Source: Propionibacteriaceae bacterium (GTDB taxonomy: Bacteria > Actinomycetota > Actinomycetes > Propionibacteriales > Propionibacteriaceae). From it: 32,000 nt of DNA. The notes beneath the pieces were generated by a model, which did no database searches, was not told the origin of the DNA, and was given only the letters and a program-made list of their open reading frames with translations. A program made the position numbers and the translations under genes. The stretch is taken from positions 208,051 to 240,050 of the forward strand of contig JAIRQE010000021.1 of the NCBI GenBank assembly GCA_031256725.1, read 5' to 3'. Within the stretch, counting starts at the first letter, position 1; every line of letters begins with the position of its first letter. Below, piece after piece: positions 25,627 to 32,000 of the stretch.

Positions 25627-28170
25627 AAATTCTTGAAGACACTCCTCAGGAGTCCCTTTTTCTGGGTCCTGATCGCCATCATTGTCACCGCAGGCATTTT
25701 CAGGGTGACCCAAAATGAACCCAAGTACGAAGAGGTACCAACCTCTCAAGCAATCGGAATCATCATGGGTGGGGAGTACCTCAAGGAGGTCATCCTTACA
25801 GATAACACCCAGTTGATCCAGATCACGAAGAGCGATGATTCCAGGATTGAAGCTTCGTGGGTGGGTGATCCGACTTCTCTTGTGGATCGTCTCAATGAAC
25901 GCGCCGCCCAAAGGACTCTCGAGAAGTGGAATGGTGTCAACGCTGTTCCAGGTATTGCACAGACCCTTCTTTCCTGGCTTCCTCTCTTCCTGATTCTGGG
26001 TATCTTCGTCTTCTTTATGCTGAGTACCATGGGTGGCGGCGCAGGTGGTCGTGCCATGAGTTTCGGTCGTTCGCGAGCCAAGATGGCGAATAAGGACACC
26101 CCGAAAACCACTTTCGCTGACGTCGCTGGCGTGGATGAAGCAGTGGAGGAACTCCAGGAGATCAAGGAGTTCCTTGAGGATCCAGGCAAGTTCAAGGCCT
26201 TGGGCGCGAAGATCCCCAAGGGTGTGCTCCTCTATGGTCCTCCCGGAACGGGTAAAACCCTCCTGGCTAGGGCTGTTGCTGGTGAAGCCGGCGTACCCTT
26301 CTATTCTATTTCTGGCTCCGATTTTGTGGAGATGTTTGTCGGTGTGGGTGCCTCAAGGGTACGTGACCTCTTCGATCAGGCGAAGTCGAATGCTCCAGCG
26401 ATCGTCTTTATTGATGAGATTGATGCCGTCGGTCGTCACAGGGGAGCGGGCATGGGTGGTGGCCACGATGAACGTGAGCAGACTCTCAACCAGCTTCTGG
26501 TCGAGATGGATGGCTTCGATGTTCACGGCGGTGTGATCCTGATTGCTGCAACGAACCGTCCTGATGTTCTTGATCCGGCTCTTCTTCGCCCCGGCCGTTT
26601 TGATCGTCAGATTGCCGTGGATGCCCCTGATCTTAAGGGCCGCTTCAAGATTTTGAAGGTACACGCGACTGGGAAACCTTTGGAGGCGGATGTTGACCTT
26701 GAGGGTGTGGCCCGTCGTACCCCTGGCTTTACGGGCGCGGATCTGGCCAATGTTCTCAACGAGGCAGCACTGCTCGCAGCGAGAACCAACCTGTCCCTGA
26801 TCACGAATTCGGTCTTGGATGAGTCTATTGACCGCGTGATTGCGGGACCTCAAAAGCGTACCCGTGTGATGAACTCGAAGGAGATCCTCATCACTGCCTA
26901 TCACGAGGGTGGTCACGCTCTGGTCGCAGCTGCGATGCCGGGCAATGACCCTGTACAAAAGATCACGATCCTTCCACGCGGCAAGGCTCTCGGGTACACA
27001 ATGGTCATGCCTGATCAGGATAAGTATTCTCAGACCCGCGGTCAGCTCCTTGACCAACTGGCCTACATCATGGGTGGGAGGGCTGCCGAGGAGCTCATCT
27101 TCCATGACCCCACGACTGGGGCTAGTAATGACATTGAGAAGGCCACGAAGCTGGCGCGTGCGATGGTCACCCAGTACGGTATGACCGAGTCCCTGGGTGC
27201 AGTACGTTACGGTGCCGGTGATCGTGAACCTTTCGTTGGCATGGAGGTTTCCCAGGGTTCGACTGTGTCTCCGCAGACTGCGGCCACGATTGACGCCGAG
27301 GTTGCCGCCCTCATCAACAATGCACATCAGGAGGCTTTCGACGCCCTAGTTGATAACCGTGATATCTTGGATGAATTGGTACGCCAACTCCTTGAGCATG
27401 AAACCTTGGACAAGGAACAGGTTGCTGCCATCTTCAAGAATCTAAGGATGAGGCCCGCTCGTCCTGCGTGGACTGGCTCTGATACCCGTCGGCCCTCGCT
27501 GATTCCTCCGATCCCTGAGCCCTATGTACCCGAGCCTGTTTTGGACGATGAGACTCCTACCCAGGAGATCCCACCTCAGGTACAAGCCCAACTCCAGCAA
27601 GTTCCTCCGACTCAATGGCCTCCCCCCGGGTGGCCCGTACCTCCTACCCCCCAGGATTACATGGGGGTCAATGACCCTCAAAAACCCAGTGGCTCTCCTG
27701 CCATCCAGCGTGAAGGTGAGCCTCCCTTCATTCTGAATCATGGTGATTCTCCCGTCATTCCGCACGGAAATGATCCCGTCATTCTGGGTACTGCGACTTC
27801 GCTCAGCACAGGTTCCGTCGAAGAATCCGGAATCGATCCCGATTCTGCTCCGGTACCTCCTCAGGCGGATACCCCGCAGTTCTGGACCCCACCCCAGGGG
27901 TCGGTACCTTTCCCAGACGAGTCCTTCCACCTCCCAGTGTTCCCAACGCCCGACCCGACTCTTGGAATACCCCAACCTTCATGGGCGGTACAACCCCCAG
28001 ATCCCCAACCCGAAGAATCCAGGTTCGACCAAGATCCCACGAACCCTTTCATCCCGGGATCAAGCGATGGGGTTCCTGACCCAACCCAGGGATTTGGCCC
28101 TCTTGGCCCAGGAACCTGGATTGATCCCCAGGACCCTAGCAACTGGCCGCCACCCCAACCCAGGTCTTGA
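25624..28170 (+). CDS. ftsH: ATP-dependent zinc metalloprotease FtsH with a long proline-rich C-terminal extension
   Basis: Two N-terminal TM helices. Walker A is [18 protein letters not shown] and Walker B is IVFIDEIDA. The SRH is [20 protein letters not shown] and the zinc site is HEGGHAL. The last ~235 aa (nt ~27457-28167) are P/Q/D-rich low complexity. Confidence 0.97.
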   Translation: MKFLKTLLRSPFFWVLIAIIVTAGIFRVTQNEPKYEEVPTSQAIGIIMGGEYLKEVILTDNTQLIQITKSDDSRIEASWVGDPTSLVDRLNERAAQRTLEKWNGVNAVPGIAQTLLSWLPLFLILGIFVFFMLSTMGGGAGGRAMSFGRSRAKMANKDTPKTTFADVAGVDEAVEELQEIKEFLEDPGKFKALGAKIPKGVLLYGPPGTGKTLLARAVAGEAGVPFYSISGSDFVEMFVGVGASRVRDLFDQAKSNAPAIVFIDEIDAVGRHRGAGMGGGHDEREQTLNQLLVEMDGFDVHGGVILIAATNRPDVLDPALLRPGRFDRQIAVDAPDLKGRFKILKVHATGKPLEADVDLEGVARRTPGFTGADLANVLNEAALLAARTNLSLITNSVLDESIDRVIAGPQKRTRVMNSKEILITAYHEGGHALVAAAMPGNDPVQKITILPRGKALGYTMVMPDQDKYSQTRGQLLDQLAYIMGGRAAEELIFHDPTTGASNDIEKATKLARAMVTQYGMTESLGAVRYGAGDREPFVGMEVSQGSTVSPQTAATIDAEVAALINNAHQEAFDALVDNRDILDELVRQLLEHETLDKEQVAAIFKNLRMRPARPAWTGSDTRRPSLIPPIPEPYVPEPVLDDETPTQEIPPQVQAQLQQVPPTQWPPPGWPVPPTPQDYMGVNDPQKPSGSPAIQREGEPPFILNHGDSPVIPHGNDPVILGTATSLSTGSVEESGIDPDSAPVPPQADTPQFWTPPQGSVPFPDESFHLPVFPTPDPTLGIPQPSWAVQPPDPQPEESRFDQDPTNPFIPGSSDGVPDPTQGFGPLGPGTWIDPQDPSNWPPPQPRS

Positions 28171-28181
28171 GGAAGAACAAG

Positions 28182-28211
28182 GGTGCCAGGAGATACGTCC
28201 CTCTGACACAC
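28182..28211 (+). repeat. Dispersed ~30-bp repeat, copy c (ftsH-folE intergenic)
   Basis: GGTGCCAGGAGATACGTCCCTCTGACACAC. Confidence 0.7.
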
Positions 28212-28238
28212 TCCAACCTAGACTCGAAGGAAGAAACA

Positions 28239-28814
28239 ATGTCTTTTGATGCCAAGCGTGTAGAAGCAGCTGTACGTGAGCTCCTGATTGGAGTGGGGGA
28301 GGACCCTGACCGTGAAGGGCTGCGCGATACCCCTGCCCGTGTGGCACGGGCCTATGAGGAGGCTTTTGCTGGTCTTCAGATGAATCCTGCTGAGGTGCTT
28401 GGTACCCGTTTCAATATCGATCATCAGGAATTGATCCTGGTTCGTGATATTGAGTTGTGGAGCTACTGCGAACACCACCTGGTACCTTTCACAGGTCTAG
28501 CCCATGTCGGCTATATCCCTGGTGAGAACAAGCAGATTGTTGGATTGTCGAAGTTAGCTCGTCTGGTTGATGTGTTCGCCAAACGCCCCCAGGTTCAGGA
28601 GCGTCTGACCACCCAAATCGCTGACGAACTCATGTCTGAGTTGGAGCCTTCGGGTGTCATCGTGGTGATTGAGGCCGAACATCTGTGCATGTCGATGCGG
28701 GGGGTACACAAGCCCGGCTCACGTACAGTCACCTCCGCTGTGCGTGGTACCCTCTACAACCCCACGACCAGAGCCGAAGCCATGAGCCTCATCATGGCCG
28801 CACCGCGCCGCTAA
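28239..28814 (+). CDS. folE: GTP cyclohydrolase I
   Basis: [22 protein letters not shown]...[19 protein letters not shown]....[28 protein letters not shown].........[18 protein letters not shown]. The start ATG at 28239 follows GAAGGAAGAAACA. The ORF-track start at 28167 overlaps the ftsH stop and the repeat element. Confidence 0.95.
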   Translation: MSFDAKRVEAAVRELLIGVGEDPDREGLRDTPARVARAYEEAFAGLQMNPAEVLGTRFNIDHQELILVRDIELWSYCEHHLVPFTGLAHVGYIPGENKQIVGLSKLARLVDVFAKRPQVQERLTTQIADELMSELEPSGVIVVIEAEHLCMSMRGVHKPGSRTVTSAVRGTLYNPTTRAEAMSLIMAAPRR

Positions 28815-28826
28815 CACCCACGAACC

Positions 28827-30005
28827 ATGAAGCCAGATCTTGCCACCCTGCTGGACCCAGCCCCCACCAGACTCATGGCGATCATCAACGTCACCCCTGA
28901 TTCTTTCTCCACTCCCAACGCTTCTTCCATCCCCACCCCCAACGACACCCCAACCCTCGCCGCCGAATCCACCCCTAACGACCAAACTTCACAAATCCAG
29001 ACCATTTCCGACCGTTCTTCCCCAAGTACTCCGGTTGTGTCATGTTTTCTGGGGGAAACAGGGGTACAACTGGACAGTTTTTCCCAGCCGATCCCACATG
29101 CCCCAGGTTTTGTGAACTTACATACTAGTGCGCCCACGAACGTACGTCCCAAGGAAGCAGACTCACATGGCAAGGATCGTGATCTGATCATCCGTCACGC
29201 AATAGACCAGGGTATAAATCTGGCTGAGCAGGGTGCCCAGATCATCGACATTGGGGGGGAGTCCACCCGCCCCGGCGCGACCCGTACCACCGAGGCTGAG
29301 GAGTTCGCCCGAGTCATCCCCGTGGTCGCTGCGCTAGCGAATATTGGACTCCCAGTCTCTATAGATACTGTACGTTCTCGCGTAGCCCAGGCTGCCGTCG
29401 ATGCAGGCGCAATCCTCATCAACGATGTCTCAGGCGGCCTAGCAGATCCCACAATCCTCACAGTCGCTGCCCAAGCAGGGGTTCCCATTGTTCTCCAGCA
29501 TTGGCGTACCCCCTTTGACCACAAGCCCACCCACACCAACATTCTTTCCGAGGTACCAGCCGAGCTAGCCACCAGAGTGAAGGCGGCCCGTGAAGCCGGC
29601 ATCCCTTCCGATCACATCATCCTCGATCCGGGTATTGGTTTCGCCAAGACGAACGCCGACAACTGGGAGTTGGTGTCCAACCCTCATGTCATCACGGAAC
29701 TGGGTTTCAGAACCCTGTGGGGTGTTTCCCGCAAGAGGTTCCTGGCGGAAGCCTATGATCATCCAACCGAGCCTTGGGAACGCGATACAGCAACCGTAGC
29801 ACTCACCACCCACCTTGGCTCCCATCGGGCCTGGGCTGTGCGTGTACATACGATCACTGATCAGAAAGCAGCCGTACAGGTGGCGAACTTCATCTCAGGG
29901 TCTTCCTCACACCACCCCCAATCCACGCAAGAGGTCCTTCTACTCAGATCTGAAGGTGTGTCACAAGATATGTCCCCTGACACCACGACAGGAGTACACC
30001 TATGA
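28827..30005 (+). CDS. folP: Dihydropteroate synthase carrying an ~85-aa low-complexity insertion after the NVTPDSFS loop and a ~35-aa C-terminal extension
   Basis: LMAIINVTPDSFS ... AQIIDIGGESTRPGA ... VSIDT ... ILINDVSGG ... ILDPGIGFAKT ... GVSRKRF are the canonical DHPS motifs. 110 aa separate DSFS from IIDIGGES, against about 25 aa in E. coli FolP as I recall it. Confidence 0.9.
   Translation: MKPDLATLLDPAPTRLMAIINVTPDSFSTPNASSIPTPNDTPTLAAESTPNDQTSQIQTISDRSSPSTPVVSCFLGETGVQLDSFSQPIPHAPGFVNLHTSAPTNVRPKEADSHGKDRDLIIRHAIDQGINLAEQGAQIIDIGGESTRPGATRTTEAEEFARVIPVVAALANIGLPVSIDTVRSRVAQAAVDAGAILINDVSGGLADPTILTVAAQAGVPIVLQHWRTPFDHKPTHTNILSEVPAELATRVKAAREAGIPSDHIILDPGIGFAKTNADNWELVSNPHVITELGFRTLWGVSRKRFLAEAYDHPTEPWERDTATVALTTHLGSHRAWAVRVHTITDQKAAVQVANFISGSSSHHPQSTQEVLLLRSEGVSQDMSPDTTTGVHL
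29955..29986 (+). repeat. Dispersed ~30-bp repeat, copy d (inside the 3' end of folP, just upstream of folB/K start)
   Basis: GGTGTGTCACAAGATATGTCCCCTGACACCAC. The arms GTGTCA / TGACAC are reverse complements. Confidence 0.7.
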
Positions 30006-30904
30006 GAACAGCATTGACTGGGGACGATGATACTCGCATGAACCTTCTTGACCGTATGGAGATCATCGGGATCGAGACCTGGGCCTTCCACGGGGTCTTC
30101 GATCATGAACGCCGTGACGGTCAACCTTTTCTTGTGGATCTCACCTGGTGGCTGGACATGGGTCAGGCTGCCGATTCTGATGACTTGGCCAAGACGGTTG
30201 ACTATGGGGAAGTCACGTCAATGGTCATCAATCTTCTTCAGGGTACTCCCGTGGATCTCATTGAGACCCTGACATACGCCATCGCCGACACTGTGATCAC
30301 CCACTTCGGTTTCGACTACCTCCGAGTGAGTGTCCATAAGCCCCAGGCCCCCCTTGAGGTTGGTTTCACTGATGTCATCATCACAACGACCGCGGCAAAC
30401 GAGATTCATCCTCGTGAGGTTGTTGTCTCTTTGGGTTCCAATATTGAACCGAGGCTCGACTACCTCCAGTACGCCGTCACTGCTTTAGCCTCAACTCCGG
30501 GTATCACCGAGGTACGTGTCTCTGAAGTCTTTGAGACCCACCCCCAGTCTGATGTACCACAACCCGACTACCTTAATGCGATTCTGATTGTGACCTCGAT
30601 CCTGCCCGCCAAAGACCTCATGTCGAGGGCCCTTGACATCGAGTCCTTATGCTTGCGTACACGCGAGGTACCTCACGGCCCCAGAACACTCGATATTGAC
30701 TTGATCACCATTCACGGTGAGACCTGGGATGACCCTTTCTTACGGATTCCTCACCCTCGCGCTGCTCGGCGTGCCTTTGTTCTCGTACCCTGGCTTTCTC
30801 TGGATCCGAAGGGCTCTCTCAACGAGCGGTTGATCAGTGACTGCCTTGTTTCCCTACCAAATCAGGGTGTACACCCAACCGGATTACAACTCTTCGTCCC
30901 ATAG
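30002..30904 (+). CDS. Bifunctional dihydroneopterin aldolase / 2-amino-4-hydroxy-6-hydroxymethyldihydropteridine pyrophosphokinase (FolB-FolK fusion)
   Basis: The N-terminal half is IEIIGIETWAFHGVFDHERRDGQPFLVDL....DDLAKTVDYGEV...V......DLIETL...IAD.V...F......VSVHKP.AP (FolB). The C-terminal half is VVSLGSNIEPRLDYLQ.AV.AL......V.VS.V.ET.P......PDYLNA.L.V.........L.....IE....R.....GPRTLDIDLI.......DP.L.IPHPRA..RAFVLVPW (FolK). ATG 30002 overlaps the folP stop (ATGA). ATG 30038 is an alternative start. Confidence 0.9.
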   Translation: MRTALTGDDDTRMNLLDRMEIIGIETWAFHGVFDHERRDGQPFLVDLTWWLDMGQAADSDDLAKTVDYGEVTSMVINLLQGTPVDLIETLTYAIADTVITHFGFDYLRVSVHKPQAPLEVGFTDVIITTTAANEIHPREVVVSLGSNIEPRLDYLQYAVTALASTPGITEVRVSEVFETHPQSDVPQPDYLNAILIVTSILPAKDLMSRALDIESLCLRTREVPHGPRTLDIDLITIHGETWDDPFLRIPHPRAARRAFVLVPWLSLDPKGSLNERLISDCLVSLPNQGVHPTGLQLFVP

Positions 30905-30957
30905 GAAAAAAACTTAGACAATGTTGATGAAACCTGGTTCTCTTTGTGGTCGAGATG

Positions 30958-30966
30958 TGCTAATAT
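30958..30966 (+). promoter_or_regulatory. Candidate extended -10 promoter element (TGCTAATAT)
   Basis: TGn-TAATAT lies about 55 bp after the folB/K stop and about 125 bp upstream of a double hairpin plus U-tract. No good -35 was seen. Confidence 0.25.
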
Positions 30967-31090
30967 TTCAGTAGTTCAGTTGATGAAGCTGTAATGGTCT
31001 CTTTCAAATGAGCGAGTGGGGGATTCTCCACAGATAGAGTCTTTCAAGACCCCGACAAGGTTCGCCTCCCAGTACCTTGTCGCGGAAGAG

Positions 31091-31126
31091 GGCCTGCGAT
31101 TTATCGCGGGTCCTCTTTTCTTTCTT
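31091..31126 (+). terminator. Rho-independent terminator
   Basis: GGCCTGCGA-TTTA-TCGCGGGTCC (9 bp including two G-U pairs) is followed by TCTTTTCTTTCTT. It is preceded by a 9-bp hairpin, CGACAAGGT (31053-61) / ACCTTGTCG (31074-82), with a C-rich loop TCGCCTCCCAGT. Confidence 0.55.
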
Positions 31127-31684
31127 CCCAGTGGTAACCCGTATAATGCTAACTACCGCTCGGTCTCTCCGAGGCCAGGTTTACTTTCCCTATCAGTCCA
31201 TGTTTCTGGGCGTGGCGTAAAGTTTTTCTTCTATGATCCTGATAAATTGAGTCTCAAGAACCGCCCTCACCGTCCGGGGGCGGTCCCACTATTTGTACAG
31301 CCTTGTGGTTTCTGCCTGGTGTTCATGATGTCTCTCGCCCCAATTCACATGAGCGCGACCCGAGGCGAGAGACACCCCCTCACCTCCCTCCATAAGGAGG
31401 ACGGCCTATCTTGTCCGGATATCTCACCAATGGCGAGCCTAATCAGGCTTGTAGCTTCCATGTAATGTATCACTACTGAAGCAATACCATTTCACCCTTG
31501 TCAGTCTTCACCCTTGTCAGTACTGTCTCAAATGCCGAAGAATTCGGTCGATGCTATTGCTCCATGAAGACACAATAGTTAAGATTCGTGCGAGGACTGT
31601 GAGGAGCCTTCCCCTTTTAGCTGCTTTTTTACTCTGCAGGACCCTGGATTCTCGTGTTGATTTTCGGTTGCCAAGGGCACATCT

Positions 31685-31708
31685 GTGCCCCTTTTTGTCT
31701 CTTTCACT
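31685..31708 (+). terminator. Rho-independent terminator
   Basis: GGGCAC-ATCT-GTGCCC followed by CTTTTTGT. Confidence 0.6.
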
Positions 31709-31851
31709 AGGACAATACTTGCGCGCCATTGTGCCTTGTGGAATTATTGCGCCTTAGGAGAACTATGTTCTCTGCCTTGTAGACCGTCATCGTCTGACTG
31801 TTAAGGGGCCTTTCTTTGTGTACACAGTGTACCTAGCAACGTGGAGGTATA

Positions 31852-32000
31852 ATGATATCTGTAAGTACTGTTTCGACTTCTCGCTTCTCTAATCGTCGTG
31901 GGTTTGTGAAGCCTGTGGCTTTGTTGACGACGTTTGTGATGATTGTTTCGACGGTGGTGTTGGGGCAGGGGTTTGTTGCTCCTCGGGCTGATGCTGCTGG
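31852..32000 (+). CDS. Secreted protein, N-terminal part (3' end lies outside the window)
   Basis: The ATG at 31852 follows GGAGG (31843-47). The translation MISVSTVSTSRFSNRRGFVKPVALLTTFVMIVSTVVLGQGFVAPRADAAG has a basic n-region, a hydrophobic core and an A-x-A site. It runs open to the window end and is too short for the ORF track. Confidence 0.5.
   Translation, partial: MISVSTVSTSRFSNRRGFVKPVALLTTFVMIVSTVVLGQGFVAPRADAA

Noticed and set aside
26353-27327. 324-aa antisense ORF inside ftsH
   Set aside because: The opposite strand encodes unmistakable FtsH AAA/protease motifs. The antisense translation has no recognisable features. This is a typical shadow ORF in GC-skewed codon positions.
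28167-28238. Longer folE start at 28167 (ORF-track)
   Set aside because: The extension overlaps the ftsH stop, is not conserved-looking ([24 protein letters not shown]) and contains the dispersed repeat. ATG 28239 has a good RBS and begins the conserved FolE sequence.
31016-31465. 149-aa ORF after the fol operon
   Set aside because: It starts with GTG without an RBS and reads straight through three strong hairpins and a terminator. The translation is Pro/Ser/Leu/Phe-rich with no motif.

Overview
This window looks like actinobacterial chromosome. The call rests on the conserved block hpt-ftsH-folE-folP-folB/folK (25.0-30.9 kb), GC-rich hairpin terminators and leader-less gene overlaps. Left part: the 3' end of a PASTA-domain protein, a DUF2975 / XRE-HTH / DUF4153-like membrane module, and a ~1525-aa wall-anchored adhesin with about 10 tandem Ig-like repeats. 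The most interesting part is a ~13 kb island inserted at the 3' end of tRNA-Ser(GGA), at 8363-21394. It is bounded by imperfect direct repeats of the tRNA 3' end plus about 64 bp of downstream sequence. The island carries (i) a 1637-aa Type ISP-like single-chain restriction-modification enzyme (Mrr nuclease, DEAH helicase, NPPY methylase, TRD). This gene is translationally coupled (TAATG overlap) to a 658-aa GHKL ATPase with a C-terminal Shedu/DUF4263-like PD-(D/E)xK nuclease, giving a candidate uncharacterised two-gene defence system. It also carries (ii) a minus-strand cluster of two AlbA_2 (Schlafen-like) proteins and a RhuM protein, (iii) a tyrosine integrase disrupted by an in-frame stop and a frameshift, and (iv) a 0.55 kb stretch of gene fragments (second integrase, second RhuM, second HATPase_c_4) that points to accretion of more than one element. 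Right of the island lie a hypothetical gene, a transglutaminase-like lipoprotein, tRNA-Gly(CCC), GatB/YqeY and the hpt-fol block. The hpt-fol block contains several oddities. A ~30-bp imperfect palindromic repeat is dispersed at cistron junctions. A 23-bp tandem duplication at the ftsH start creates an 8-codon uORF. folP loop 1 carries an ~85-aa low-complexity insertion. FtsH has a ~235-aa proline-rich tail. The last ~950 bp are gene-poor but hairpin-rich, with candidate sRNA(s). All functional calls come from motif recognition by eye; no database search was possible.
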